From the NCBI GenBank assembly GCA_042218075.1, contig JBDGRK010000018.1:1388-65387 (forward strand): DNA of 64,000 bases, written 5' to 3'. Source of the DNA: Candidatus Nanohaloarchaea archaeon. GTDB taxonomy: Archaea > Nanohalarchaeota > Nanosalinia > Nanosalinales > Nanosalinaceae. This document shows positions 42,086 to 52,427 of this stretch, in pieces; position 1 is the stretch's first letter, and every line of letters starts with the position of its first letter. A model generated the notes under the pieces. That model was not told the DNA's origin and searched no databases. It saw nothing but the letters and a program-made list of their open reading frames with translations. The position numbers and the translations under genes are program-made.

Positions 42086-43465
42086 TCAGAGATTCGGCCT
42101 CCAGACCGACGTGTTTTCCAGTAGTTCGATATCATTCCTGTAGAGTTCCCTGACATCTTCAAGACCGGCTGATCTCATCGCAATCCTTGGAATTCCAAGT
42201 CCCCAAGCCAATACCGTAGCCTCGAATCCTAACATGGGTTTTACCACCTCAGGCCGGAACATGCCTGATCCGCCGAGACCTATCCATTCCTTTTCCTGGG
42301 AATCCCAGACCTGGACTTCCACGCTCATCTCGGTGTAGGGGTAATAGCTGGGGATAAGCCTGAATTGATCGTATCCCATCTTTTCAAAGAACTGGCTCAA
42401 ATAGGCCTTAAGATTCACGAAGTTTAGATCTTCTCCCACCACAATACCATCCGACTGGTAGAACTCAGCATTATGATAACGATCAATAGTTTCATTCCTG
42501 AAAACTCTTGAAGTAGTGAAGAACTTGGCCGGAAGATCTTTCTTCTCAAGTTCCGCAAGTTTCTGCGCCGAGACACCTGTAGTATGAGTCCTTAAAACAT
42601 TTCTTGAAGCCTCCTTCTCCGACCAATCATATTCCCATCCAGAGCTTCCGGTCTCCCAGCCGTTCTCATGAGTTTGCTTTACTCTTTCAACGTAGTCTCC
42701 CTGCTCTGACAGATCTGATTTCTCAGGCTTTTTCATAAAGAATGTGTCCTGCAACTCTCTTGCCGGGTGATCCTGCGGTATGTAGAGCGAATCAAAGCAC
42801 CAGAAGCCCGGCTGAATGAAGGATCCTTCCATTTCTTTGAATCCCATTTCCCTCCATGTTTTGTTTGCATATTCTATTATCTGCTTGTAGAAGTGCTTCT
42901 TTCCCGTCCTGGGCGTCTTAGTCCTCGCCTCAACGTTGAAATCTTCTTCTATCTCATCCGGTTCTATCTCGTCTCCTCTCTCCGAAAGCAGAAGCTCTCT
43001 CCTGGTGGCTTTCTCAACCTCAACTAGCCCTCTTTCCTGAATCTCTTCATCAAATTCTCCTTCCTCCAGCCTCTGCCGGGTAACATCTTCAGCATCTTCA
43101 CCTGGTTCAGTCAGGTAAACTTCTCCTTGGTCGACTTCCACCCAATTCTTCTCACGGGCCTTCCCGAGCGCAACGTCCAGTTCGAGATTTTCAAGCTCCG
43201 AGAGTTGTTTCTCGCCTCTGCTGACCCTCTCCACCAGCCTGTACTCCGGCGACCCTTCTTCAACTATCTCCTCTCCCTCACCTGTTAGTTCGTAGCCGAT
43301 AACCTCTTCTTCCTCGACTTCTACAAGATCTTTCTCCTCCAGTTCTAAAGCCGCCCTGTTAACCATGCTCTGGTCGTATCCCATTGCTTCAAGGTCCTCT
43401 ACCGTAAGTTCGGAGTGATCCTTGAGCTCTTCCAGGATCTGGATGGCCTGGGAGGAAAGCCTCAT
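42086..43465 (-). CDS. pheS: Phenylalanine--tRNA ligase alpha subunit
   Basis: ...HPARELQDTFF...LRTHTTGVSA...FRNETIDRYHNAEFYQSDG...GLGIPRIAM. Start taken at ATG 43465. Confidence 0.9.
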   Translation of the reverse strand: MRLSSQAIQILEELKDHSELTVEDLEAMGYDQSMVNRAALELEEKDLVEVEEEEVIGYELTGEGEEIVEEGSPEYRLVERVSRGEKQLSELENLELDVALGKAREKNWVEVDQGEVYLTEPGEDAEDVTRQRLEEGEFDEEIQERGLVEVEKATRRELLLSERGDEIEPDEIEEDFNVEARTKTPRTGKKHFYKQIIEYANKTWREMGFKEMEGSFIQPGFWCFDSLYIPQDHPARELQDTFFMKKPEKSDLSEQGDYVERVKQTHENGWETGSSGWEYDWSEKEASRNVLRTHTTGVSAQKLAELEKKDLPAKFFTTSRVFRNETIDRYHNAEFYQSDGIVVGEDLNFVNLKAYLSQFFEKMGYDQFRLIPSYYPYTEMSVEVQVWDSQEKEWIGLGGSGMFRPEVVKPMLGFEATVLAWGLGIPRIAMRSAGLEDVRELYRNDIELLENTSVWRPNL

Positions 43466-43623
43466 GCGTGCACACCTCCGGAGTGAAGCTTTAATAACCC
43501 GGCCTGTATCCAAAAATCTATAGCTGAGTCCGAATAGAAATTTTCAATACTCGAAAAAACGTCCACCCTTCAAAGACAGACTCATGAAATACTTATGAAA
43601 ACAAAAACTTAAGTAGATTGGCT

Positions 43624-44385
43624 CTATGCAGTCTCGATTACCGCCGCAAGTAGTATAAGGCCTAGACCCAGGGACACCAGCTTTAGATAGTCGATCCAGG
43701 TGTCTCTCTCGAAGTGCTTTCTGTAGACCGCTGCGGAGATCAGAGATCCTGAAACACCCGCAACTATGAACCCTAACATCTCAAGTGTAGCATGTGGGAT
43801 ATAAACCACGGAATGGGCTGCAGACAGTTTCTTGGCTAAGAATCCCATGAATGTTCCTAGAACCGATGCGTTCCATACAAGTATGAAGGCTCCTGAAGAG
43901 CTTATTACGGCTGAAACAACGAGGATTATTCCAAAGACCAGTAAATTATTGATCAAAACCGATAGAAAAGCTGAAGGCGATGCTGCAGACCCGGTCACGA
44001 CTGCCTGGATACTTGAACCTCCAATAGTAGAAACTCCTAGCGACTCTAACTGGGCTGCATACTGTGAGACCTGTATTGAAAGGTTCTCCGGCGAAACCAG
44101 TATCGCTAGAAGGAAGAAAGCCGCTACCTCACCCAGGAACAGCGAGCCGTATATCCTGATCTCCTCAAAATGAGGTCTGCCATCCTCCCTTTCATCCTCC
44201 AGGAAAGTTCTGGTGAGGGGATAAAGGAGAGGAATAGATGCGAAAACTACAGCGAGAATCGATACATCCGAGGGAAAAGCAACGGTCGCGGCAATGTATC
44301 CCAACAGTCCGGATGAAAGTCCGAGCAGTGCCAGCAAAATGTAATTGTCCTGCTTTCCCTCCCTGTAGATCAGCTCCGGAAGCAT
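43624..44385 (-). CDS. SpoIIM/DUF95-like integral membrane protein
   Basis: Multiple TM helices and ...YIPHATLEMLGFIVAG, a PH(G/A)xxE motif. Confidence 0.55.
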   Translation of the reverse strand: MLPELIYREGKQDNYILLALLGLSSGLLGYIAATVAFPSDVSILAVVFASIPLLYPLTRTFLEDEREDGRPHFEEIRIYGSLFLGEVAAFFLLAILVSPENLSIQVSQYAAQLESLGVSTIGGSSIQAVVTGSAASPSAFLSVLINNLLVFGIILVVSAVISSSGAFILVWNASVLGTFMGFLAKKLSAAHSVVYIPHATLEMLGFIVAGVSGSLISAAVYRKHFERDTWIDYLKLVSLGLGLILLAAVIETA

Positions 44386-44463
44386 GTACAGGTTATAAAT
44401 TGCTAATTTAAAGGAGTTCAGACCAGAGTATTTTTATGTTTTAAATCCAATACATTATAACAC

Positions 44464-44778
44464 GTGATCGGAATGGGAAGCACTCTCACCGCCAGAGTAT
44501 CGGACGAGTTGAACGAAGCCCTCGACAAGATCAGCGAAAAGGAAAAACTTGAGAAGAGCGCTGTAGCCAGGAGATTTCTGGAGAAGGCGGTTAAAGATTA
44601 CCGTATGGATAGAGCACTTGAAGAGTACAGTGGAGGAGAAGCAACACTTAGAAAGGCGGCTGATACAGCTGGCGTCAGCCTGTGGGAGTTCATGGAGAGA
44701 GTGAAGCAGGAGGGAATCAAGCTTAACTACACGGAAAGAGACCTGGAAGAAGACTTGCAGGCTGTAAAGAATGAATAA
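44464..44778 (+). CDS. RHH/UPF0175-like antitoxin
   Basis: TARVSDELNEALDKISEKEKLEKSAVARRFLEKAV plus ...TLRKAADTAGVSLWEFMERV. It overlaps the downstream toxin. Confidence 0.65.
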   Translation: MIGMGSTLTARVSDELNEALDKISEKEKLEKSAVARRFLEKAVKDYRMDRALEEYSGGEATLRKAADTAGVSLWEFMERVKQEGIKLNYTERDLEEDLQAVKNE

Positions 44779-45286
44779 AGCTGTAGCCGATGCCACGGTG
44801 CTGATCTACCTCGCGAAGTTGGACAGGCTAGAAGTTCTGCTGGACGAATTTGAGAGAATACTTGTGCCGGAAAAGGTGGAGGAAGAAGTTATTGATGGAG
44901 GCAGAAAGGCAGGGAGGGAAGACTACCTGAAGATAGACAGCTTCATGGAAAATGACGAAGTGGAGCTAAATGAAGCAGAAATACCTGAAAAGGCGGAAAG
45001 ACTTGGTATGGAGCCGGGAGAGAGATCTGTCCTGTCTCTGGCCCTGAATATGGATGTGAATGTCGTACTCGTTGATGAAAGCAGTGTCAGGGAGGCGGCT
45101 AAAAGTCTTGATCTAGAGCCCAGGGGCACCCTATACCTTCTGCTGAAACTGGTTAGAAGAGGAGAGATAGATTTCGAGGGTTTCCTGGATATCATGGACA
45201 GGCTAACCGAATCAGGTTTTTACCTGGATGAAAGAGTTTACTCGAAAGCAGTGAGAGAAGCCAGCAAACTGGACTCTACAACATGA
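44771..45286 (+). CDS. DUF3368-type PIN-like toxin
   Basis: AVADATVLIYLAKLDRLEVL...EPGERSVLSLALNMDVNVVLVDESSVREAAKSLDLEPRGTLYLL. Confidence 0.7.
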   Translation: MNKAVADATVLIYLAKLDRLEVLLDEFERILVPEKVEEEVIDGGRKAGREDYLKIDSFMENDEVELNEAEIPEKAERLGMEPGERSVLSLALNMDVNVVLVDESSVREAAKSLDLEPRGTLYLLLKLVRRGEIDFEGFLDIMDRLTESGFYLDERVYSKAVREASKLDSTT

Positions 45287-45287
45287 T

Positions 45288-46391
45288 TTAAACCGAAAAC
45301 TCCAGCTCTTCCTCCACGTACTGCTCGACTCTCGGCGCTTTTTCTTCTCTTTTCTGCTGGTGTTCATTCAGGAACTCCTCCATTTTCTGCCTGGCGATCT
45401 GCTTGAGTTCACCGGAAAGCATTTTCCCGCTCGAGTACTCCTGCTTGATTCTCTGGAGCTCTGAATCATCCTCTACCAGGTGGAATGTCAGAAGCTCGAA
45501 AACCATATCTTCAGATAGATCGGCTCCCTTTTTCCTGTGTTCTTCAACGGAATCCTGTCCCCCGGTCTTTGCTTCATCGATCTTCTGCTTCGCCTCCTCG
45601 ATCGAATCCGTGAGCGCGATATAGCTCTTTGGGTCGCTGCTCGACATCTTGCCTCCCTGAAGGCCTCTCATGAACTTGTTGTAGGTGGAGGAAGGCTTCA
45701 CGAAATCCTGCCTTCTGTACTTCGATGCGACCTCCCTTGTCAGCCTGATATGCGGATCCTGGTCCAGACCGACCGGAACAACTGTAGGTTTCGGACCTCC
45801 GTTCTCCGGGAACTGTGGCCTCAGGATGTCAGCATACTGCGTGAGGGCCGAGGCTATCTTGCCGGGTTCCGCGTTTCCGTATGTTGCCTCCATTTCATTC
45901 TGCGTCAGGTGCTTGGCAAACATTTTGGATCTCGCAAGGTGGTCGTTTCCAGCCTGGCTCTGGAAGTAGAAATCCACGCTCTCAATATCAATCCCCAGAG
46001 CCGCATAATTCTTCAGGTACTGCTCCACCACCATCTCTCTCGCCTCTTCAAACGATATGTCTCGAGTATTATAGGATTCAATGTCCGCCGCCGCGATCGT
46101 GACCTCTGCACCCATCTGCTGGTACATCTTGATCTGGTCGACCACGCACTTGTGGCCGAAGTGGAAGATTCCGGAGGGCATTATACCGGTGATCATCGCA
46201 AAGTCCTCTCCATCCTCTTTCGCATCGAGAAGCACATCCAGGTCCCGGTGGCCGAAGACAATATTCCTCCTGATGAACCTGTGGTCCGGCATCCGGTCCT
46301 CTACTTCCTCTATAGGCTCGATACCAAACTTCTCCATCTTCTCTCGATAGTTTCCAATCTCAACATCTCCCCAAGGATCGATCTCAGGCAT
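45288..46391 (-). CDS. trpS: Tryptophan--tRNA ligase (archaeal/eukaryal type)
   Basis: DPWGDV..YREKMEKFGIEPI, FIRRNIVFGHRDLDVLLDA, PSGIFHFGH (HIGH), KMSSS (KMSKS). Confidence 0.85.
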   Translation of the reverse strand: MPEIDPWGDVEIGNYREKMEKFGIEPIEEVEDRMPDHRFIRRNIVFGHRDLDVLLDAKEDGEDFAMITGIMPSGIFHFGHKCVVDQIKMYQQMGAEVTIAAADIESYNTRDISFEEAREMVVEQYLKNYAALGIDIESVDFYFQSQAGNDHLARSKMFAKHLTQNEMEATYGNAEPGKIASALTQYADILRPQFPENGGPKPTVVPVGLDQDPHIRLTREVASKYRRQDFVKPSSTYNKFMRGLQGGKMSSSDPKSYIALTDSIEEAKQKIDEAKTGGQDSVEEHRKKGADLSEDMVFELLTFHLVEDDSELQRIKQEYSSGKMLSGELKQIARQKMEEFLNEHQQKREEKAPRVEQYVEEELEFSV

Positions 46392-46395
46392 TTTG

Positions 46396-47493
46396 TCAAC
46401 CTCTTACTTCGATTTTCTTCTCTGTAAACTTTTCAAGCTTCTTATGATTGATTTTTGACTCAAATTCTGGATTTGAAGGTATCTCGATATGGCCATTCTT
46501 CATCTCTGGCTTATCCATAATAGTTTCTCTGAAGTATCTCGACTGCGGAGCTATATCCGAAGGATGTGCAACCTGGCTCATGCTTGCAGCAGCTAATTGG
46601 TACATGGCGCCGATACCTGATTCAACCAAGCCCCCTATCCATAGATCAATATCTTTCTCTTCGCATATGGAGTTTATCTCCTTCGAGGCTTGAATGCCTC
46701 CTACTCTCTGAGGCTTCAGATTGATTATACTACAGGCATCAAGCTTAGAAGCTCTTCTTACATCCTCAGGACTTCTTATACTTTCATCCAGACAGATAGG
46801 AGTATCTAAATCCTGAGAAAGAATGGAGTGATTCACGATATCTCTGTGGCCGAGAGGCTGTTCAATCATCTGAAGATTAAACTCGTCAAATTTCTGAATC
46901 CTCTCTCTATCTTCAAGATTGTAGTTCGAGTTCGCATCCACCATCAGATCATAGTCAGGAAATTCGTCCCTCACAGCTTTGACATACTTGACATCGTTAC
47001 CAGACCTGATTTTTATTTTAGCCCTAGAATACCCCTTTTTCCTGTATTTTCGAACCTTATCAACGAGTTGTTCAGGATTTTCCTGTATTCCTATACTTAC
47101 ACCACATTCAGCTCTTTCTTCCTCTCCTTCAAACAGTTCAGAGAGATTTTTCTCTTCCTCGATCATTTTCCTGTTATGAAGAAGCATTTCACCTGCAGAC
47201 TTAGCCATCAGATTGCCTTTATACCCGGAAATTGATTCTCGATATTCCTCTATAGATTCAGCATTTCTTATAGCAGGTATAGCGAATCTTTCCATAAACT
47301 CAATTACAGCTTCCGTATATTCATGGTTATAGAGAGGAGCGAACTGAGCAGAAGCCTCACCATAGTAAAATCTCTCATCGTCAAAACACATCAAAATCAC
47401 TACTTCTCTGTTCCTAATCTCTCCAAAACCAGTCTCAAAAGGATTCTTCAAGGGAAGCTGGACCTTTCTAATCTCGAATTTCTCAAAATCCAT
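46396..47493 (-). CDS. Enolase-superfamily enzyme of the o-succinylbenzoate synthase / N-acyl(succinyl)amino-acid racemase subgroup
   Basis: SRAKIKI (KxK), LMVDANSNY, MIEQPL, ICLDESI, INLKPQRVGG. Confidence 0.75.
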   Translation of the reverse strand: MDFEKFEIRKVQLPLKNPFETGFGEIRNREVVILMCFDDERFYYGEASAQFAPLYNHEYTEAVIEFMERFAIPAIRNAESIEEYRESISGYKGNLMAKSAGEMLLHNRKMIEEEKNLSELFEGEEERAECGVSIGIQENPEQLVDKVRKYRKKGYSRAKIKIRSGNDVKYVKAVRDEFPDYDLMVDANSNYNLEDRERIQKFDEFNLQMIEQPLGHRDIVNHSILSQDLDTPICLDESIRSPEDVRRASKLDACSIINLKPQRVGGIQASKEINSICEEKDIDLWIGGLVESGIGAMYQLAAASMSQVAHPSDIAPQSRYFRETIMDKPEMKNGHIEIPSNPEFESKINHKKLEKFTEKKIEVRG

Positions 47494-48544
47494 CAGAGAC
47501 CTCCTCCAAGAAGGTTTGCAAGATTTTACAGTACTGTTCCATACTCTCTATCTCAACGTATTCATTCTCGCCGTGGAGATCGTATCCTTCAGGGCCGAAA
47601 CAGACCGCAGGTATTCCTCTCTCCGTGAAGAACCTCATGTCACTGGCAAAGTTTTCTCTTCTGAAACCTGCTTGACCTGAAACCTCTTCAGCAGAGCTCC
47701 TCAGACCCTGTACAAAGACATTATCTTCATCCGCCTCCATCATCGGAGCTTCTTTCAGGATCTCTGTATCAATTCCTTCTATACCTTCAATGTCCTCCAA
47801 TACCTGATCTCTCGGATATTGATTTGAGAAACGTATATCGAGCTGTACAGACGCCTTATTCGGAATTTTGTTTACAGGACCTTCTGAAGAAATTTTTCCA
47901 AGGTTGATAGTGGTTGAAAAATTTTTTTCGTGGTCGAAGTTTTCCCTGATTTCCTGGTATTTTTCCAAAAGTTTTTCTGCCGCGTTTTCACCTTTCTCCG
48001 GTTTTGATGAGTGCGCTGATTTTCCTTCAGTCGAGATTTCCAGCTGTAGCACTCCCTTCTGCCTGGTTACTATGGAGGGAAAGCTTCCTGAATCATCAGG
48101 CTCACCGGATACAACGAACTCGGGCTCGAGATCGGCCTCATCGATCACATAGCCTGTGCCGTTAAATCCTCCTCTCTCCTCATCTGAGGTCAAGAGAAGT
48201 GCGACATCTTCATCCTCTAACCCCTCCAAAACTTTCATCATGCAGGCCACGCCCGACTTCATGTCAGCAGCACCTCTCCCATAGATTCTGCCGTTTTCTA
48301 CCTCTGGTTCGAAAATTTCGTCTTCTGCTCCGATCACATCAAGGTGGCCATGAAGAAGTATCCGGGGGTTTTCACCCCTTGAGATCAGAACAGATTTCTC
48401 ATCATTTTTCTCGAATCGCTGAAAATCTAGCCCGGAATCAAGCTGTCCTTCTATGTAGTTCAGACAGTTTCCGAGTTCCTGAGCGTTTCCTTCAACGGTT
48501 TTGAACCGGATAAGATCTTTCGTGGTTTCCTCAACGGTTTTCAT
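47483..48544 (-). CDS. M20-family metallopeptidase / deacylase (ArgE/DapE-like)
   Basis: ILLHGHLDVIG, GRIYGRGAADMKSG, SDEERGG. Confidence 0.8.
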   Translation of the reverse strand: MKTVEETTKDLIRFKTVEGNAQELGNCLNYIEGQLDSGLDFQRFEKNDEKSVLISRGENPRILLHGHLDVIGAEDEIFEPEVENGRIYGRGAADMKSGVACMMKVLEGLEDEDVALLLTSDEERGGFNGTGYVIDEADLEPEFVVSGEPDDSGSFPSIVTRQKGVLQLEISTEGKSAHSSKPEKGENAAEKLLEKYQEIRENFDHEKNFSTTINLGKISSEGPVNKIPNKASVQLDIRFSNQYPRDQVLEDIEGIEGIDTEILKEAPMMEADEDNVFVQGLRSSAEEVSGQAGFRRENFASDMRFFTERGIPAVCFGPEGYDLHGENEYVEIESMEQYCKILQTFLEEVSDGF

Positions 48545-49275
48545 GCTACTCTCTCACCGTTTTCCCGGAACTCGTAGTCTGAGGCTCGGGCTGCTTTTGC
48601 TAGGCTTTGTGCAGCATCTACTTCGGAAACTTCTCCTGCCACTACTATTGCATCTCCATCTTCGAAGGACATATCTAGGCCTTCTTCTCCATACATGAAT
48701 TCTTCAAATTTATCGTTGGGAGGAACTTCCGAGTACATACCTCCGTCGTATATATCCGCGTAGGCTTCCCTCATTACTGCTCCATCCATTTCCTTGCTTG
48801 GATTAATCTCATTTCCCAAAGCCTGAATTTCCTCCATAATTTCATCGTCTTCTCTTTCAGGATGCGGGTAAAACTCGAAACAGTTGTCGGCGCACTGGAC
48901 CATATCGGGATTCTGAGTCCTGTAACCTACCAATTCCTCTCCATCAGCCAACTCCATTACTCCCCTACTCAGCAGTGTGCTTCCTACACATCTGCCCTGT
49001 AAATGATCACTTACGGCTAGTCCCTCCTCATAGATCGCATCAGCCTTCTTGGAGACACCTGAAAAGGCCACATACTCGCCGCTCTCATCCTTCGCAGTGA
49101 TTAAGAGAGGAACACGCAGATGAGCCTCGGCATCCTCTTCAGTAGGAACACCTTCCTTGGAGAAAGCATCCTGCGCCACATCAACAAGCTGGGACTCAGC
49201 CTCAGGATTCTCATCCAGAAAACTTTCAGGATTTTGATAAACCTCTATCTCAAGGCTGTTTCCAAAAGCGTCCAC
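48541..49275 (-). CDS. Putative GNAT-type acyltransferase
   Basis: GLAVSDHLQGRCVGSTLL resembles GNAT motif A. It is translationally coupled (4-nt overlap) to the M20 gene. Confidence 0.4.
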   Translation of the reverse strand: MDAFGNSLEIEVYQNPESFLDENPEAESQLVDVAQDAFSKEGVPTEEDAEAHLRVPLLITAKDESGEYVAFSGVSKKADAIYEEGLAVSDHLQGRCVGSTLLSRGVMELADGEELVGYRTQNPDMVQCADNCFEFYPHPEREDDEIMEEIQALGNEINPSKEMDGAVMREAYADIYDGGMYSEVPPNDKFEEFMYGEEGLDMSFEDGDAIVVAGEVSEVDAAQSLAKAARASDYEFRENGERVA

Positions 49276-49594
49276 CCTTCGGGGCTTCCGCTGTACCGTA
49301 GTCTTCTTGTGCTTTCATAATCAAATCACGTAACCAAACATAGTCACAAAAACCTTAAAAAGGTTCTCAGATGGTAAAAGAAAAATTGGTTATAGCTGAG
49401 TCTATTTCAGCGTAAATTAAAAGTTTAGATTCAGTCTTGGATCCAGAAAAATCTTGAGAACTAAATACCATGAGAAATTCTTGATGGAAGAAATTCGGAC
49501 GTAACTACGACTGATTAAATCAATAGATACAGCGGGTCCAAAAACATCCACCTTTCAGCCGCATATTAAATATTCCAAGAGAAAGCTTAAAAAT

Positions 49595-50356
49595 TCACTC
49601 CCATTCCATCTTCTTGGCCTTGTGACCCAGCATGCCATCGTAGCCTGAAGTCGACATCAGGACAGGATAGAATTCCTTCTCAGCTCTCATCTCTTCACTC
49701 TCTCCTCTCGCGAAAACTTCTCCTTTATCGACCTTCTCAAAGTTCTCCGCTACAAACTCCCAGTCGCCCATCACTGTTCCTATCCTCTTGAAATGTTCTG
49801 GAGAGGAAGTCTCGAACTCCTGTTCTATCACACCCTCGGATGCTAGAAAGTTCTTCATCACCCTATAGGCGTTCTCCGCAGCTTTTCCGGTTCCCTGCTC
49901 ACCGGCTTCAAGAGTAACTCCATCTACTTGCTCATTCAAAGCTCCTACACTCACAGGAAAATGGCACGAATAATCAACCCCTGTCGATTCAATAAGCGAT
50001 CTGACCTCAGTATTCTTCCTGCTGTGGTTTGCAAACGGTCTATCAAACGATTTTGTCGAATGGACGTCGAGAACCTTCGTGCCTTTGACTTTTTCTAGTA
50101 TTTTCGCCGCGAGCCTCTCCTCGTAATTTTCAGAATCTAAATTGCCGGGAAAAGACCTGTTAAGATCCACTTCAGTGAACCTCTCTCCCTTTTCTAGAGC
50201 TCTTTGATTCGCTACCAGGAACTGGACGGGTTTCCTGAACTCCCACTCCTTGTCGAGGAATCTTTCAATCGCCTCCTTGCCGCAGGGCTCGTCACCATGT
50301 ATGCATCCCGATACCGTGTACTCTGGATTTTCTTCTCCCCTTCTTTCTACTCTCAC
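49595..50356 (-). CDS. Succinylglutamate desuccinylase / aspartoacylase (AstE/AspA) family zinc hydrolase
   Basis: VSGCIHGDEPCGKEAIERFL, EVDLNRSFPG, VLDVHST. Confidence 0.7.
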   Translation of the reverse strand: MRVERRGEENPEYTVSGCIHGDEPCGKEAIERFLDKEWEFRKPVQFLVANQRALEKGERFTEVDLNRSFPGNLDSENYEERLAAKILEKVKGTKVLDVHSTKSFDRPFANHSRKNTEVRSLIESTGVDYSCHFPVSVGALNEQVDGVTLEAGEQGTGKAAENAYRVMKNFLASEGVIEQEFETSSPEHFKRIGTVMGDWEFVAENFEKVDKGEVFARGESEEMRAEKEFYPVLMSTSGYDGMLGHKAKKMEWE

Positions 50357-50380
50357 AGCTTAAGAATACTAAGACGGCAT

Positions 50381-51553
50381 TTAAGAATTCTTCTCGAGTG
50401 CCTGGATCGCTGGAAGATCCTCTCCGCTCATGAATCTCACGAAAGCTCCACCCGCAATCGAAACGTGTGAGAACTCGTCCAGTTCGTGATCGAAGCGGTG
50501 CACAAGCGAGGAAGTGTGGCCGCCTCCCAGCACGGTGAAGCAATCTGTCTCCGCTATGGCTTCAACTATTTTCCTCGTTCCTTCAGGGTGTTCCTCGAAT
50601 GCTCCCATCGGACCCTTCATCAGGATATCATCCGCCTCTCTTATCTCTGATACAAATTTTTTTGTAGTTCCCTCGCCGATGTCCCAGGTCATCTCTCCCC
50701 CGGGCACTTCCCCAACCTCGTAATCGCCAGAATCAGTCCTTACATCTGCGGGAAGAACAATCTTCTCGCCATGTTTATCCAGTATCTGTCTCAACTCTTC
50801 CTCCCTTGAGGAAAAGCTCTGCTCCTCTATCCACTCGCTCTTCTCACCCAGATCGTGCCCCTTGATCTTCAGCGCCAGTTCTCCGGGGATCCCGCCCAGA
50901 AGCACCTTATCCACGTCTTCAATCATTTCGTTCATAATCCCTATCAGATCTGAAGGTTTTTCTCCCCCTAAAACCATCAATCCGTCGTGGAATTCCTCAC
51001 TGACTCTGGAGCAGTTCTCATACTCCTTCTGCATTATGGGTCCGGCACAGGATTCCAGCCTTTCCGTAAACCCGACCATCGAGCCGTGGGATCTATGTGC
51101 GGCGGAGAAGGCATCATCGACATAGATATCGAAGTACTGGGATATCTTCTCAACAAAAAAGTCGTGAGCGTGGACCTGTGCGGGAGCGTTCTGGAGCTCT
51201 TCGGACAGGAACCGTATGTTCTCCAGCATCGCCACCTCACCATTATCCATCCTCGCAACTTTCTCCCCGAGTTCGGGACCGAAGAAACTTGGTACGAACT
51301 CAACTTCTCTTTCCATGGATTCTTCGAGTATTTCCGAATGTTTCTCCAAGGACAGGAAATCCTTCCTTGCCGGCCTCCCCTGGTGCGCGACTATCACCAC
51401 TTTCGCATCTTTTCCACTCAGTTCCTCGATAGTTTCCAGGTATCTCTCGAACCTCACAGTCTTCCTGGGTTCGCCATCCTCTATAGGAAGGTTCAGGTCC
51501 GTCCTGAGAAGTACTCTCCTTCCCTCTAACTCCACATCTTCAAAAGTCCGCAT
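50381..51553 (-). CDS. pgk: Phosphoglycerate kinase
   Basis: GRRVLLRTDLNLPI..., VIVAHQGRP, ...GGGHTSS.... Confidence 0.9.
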   Translation of the reverse strand: MRTFEDVELEGRRVLLRTDLNLPIEDGEPRKTVRFERYLETIEELSGKDAKVVIVAHQGRPARKDFLSLEKHSEILEESMEREVEFVPSFFGPELGEKVARMDNGEVAMLENIRFLSEELQNAPAQVHAHDFFVEKISQYFDIYVDDAFSAAHRSHGSMVGFTERLESCAGPIMQKEYENCSRVSEEFHDGLMVLGGEKPSDLIGIMNEMIEDVDKVLLGGIPGELALKIKGHDLGEKSEWIEEQSFSSREEELRQILDKHGEKIVLPADVRTDSGDYEVGEVPGGEMTWDIGEGTTKKFVSEIREADDILMKGPMGAFEEHPEGTRKIVEAIAETDCFTVLGGGHTSSLVHRFDHELDEFSHVSIAGGAFVRFMSGEDLPAIQALEKNS

Positions 51554-51611
51554 CAGTATTACGTTGTATTACCTCGATCGTTTTTAAGGCTTAACCGGGA
51601 AAAAACCAGAT

Positions 51612-52067
51612 ATGACAGAAGAACTGAAAATCAGGGTAGAGGACGAAAGTCGGGCCAAAAACAGGATTAAAGAGGTTGGAGCCGATCTAGAGAAAAAAGT
51701 TTCGGTGAAAGACACTTACTTCCAGGGACAGGGAGAAGACGAACTCAAAATAACGGAAACTGGTGAAGGAGAGTTTCTAAGGAAGTATGAGAAAAAAGAT
51801 TCCGGCTTTCAGCAGGTAAAAAATGATGAAGTTGAAAATCCTGATGAAAAGAAACAGCAACTGGAGCAGCAATTCGGCATAAAGACAGTACAGCAGAAAG
51901 AGATAAGCTACTATTCACTGGGAGACAAGACCATAATTCTGAACAGGATACGGAATACAGGAGTCTTCCTAATTCAGGGAGAAAACGTTAGGAAAGAGTT
52001 TCTGGAAGAAGAACTTGGTTTTGAGAACTCTGAGTATATTGAAGCACCGTTCAGCGATCTTGAATGA
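51612..52067 (+). CDS. CYTH-domain protein (CyaB-like class IV adenylyl cyclase / triphosphatase fold)
   Basis: EELKIRVED (ExExK), ...KDTYF..., ...IILNRIRNTGVFLIQGE. Confidence 0.55.
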   Translation: MTEELKIRVEDESRAKNRIKEVGADLEKKVSVKDTYFQGQGEDELKITETGEGEFLRKYEKKDSGFQQVKNDEVENPDEKKQQLEQQFGIKTVQQKEISYYSLGDKTIILNRIRNTGVFLIQGENVRKEFLEEELGFENSEYIEAPFSDLE

Positions 52068-52346
52068 CTATGCCTCAACTTTCCTAGAATTCTCAATCTC
52101 CTCATCCATAATTTTGCCAAGATAGTTCACGATCTCTGAATCCGGGTTCAGCCTGTAGAGGGTTGTTCCAACGTACTTCTTTTTCTCCATAACTATGCGG
52201 TTTTGTTCCAGTTTATCCCATATTTTGTAAAGTGTGGAGCGTGAAATCTCTGCTTTATCCGCCAGTTCTGTTTTGGAGTATCCTACGTTCGGATGATCGA
52301 GTAAAACATCCAAAACTTTTTCTATCCTGTCATCAATCAGAGTCAT
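52068..52346 (-). CDS. Small wHTH transcriptional regulator
   Basis: GYSKTELADKAEISRSTLYKIWDKLEQNRIVMEKK. Confidence 0.6.
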   Translation of the reverse strand: MTLIDDRIEKVLDVLLDHPNVGYSKTELADKAEISRSTLYKIWDKLEQNRIVMEKKKYVGTTLYRLNPDSEIVNYLGKIMDEEIENSRKVEA

Positions 52347-52427
52347 ATAAGGTAGGAAGAATCAAGATATATAATTGTTTTGATTTTCCAACACTGAACG
52401 TCCAGAAATATACACACAAGGGAAAAT

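Noticed and set aside
45403-46427. A large plus-strand ORF (45537-46427, 296 aa) and others opposite trpS.
   Set aside because: trpS on the minus strand has HIGH and KMSKS motifs and the N-terminal DPW motif, whereas the antisense translation is motif-free.
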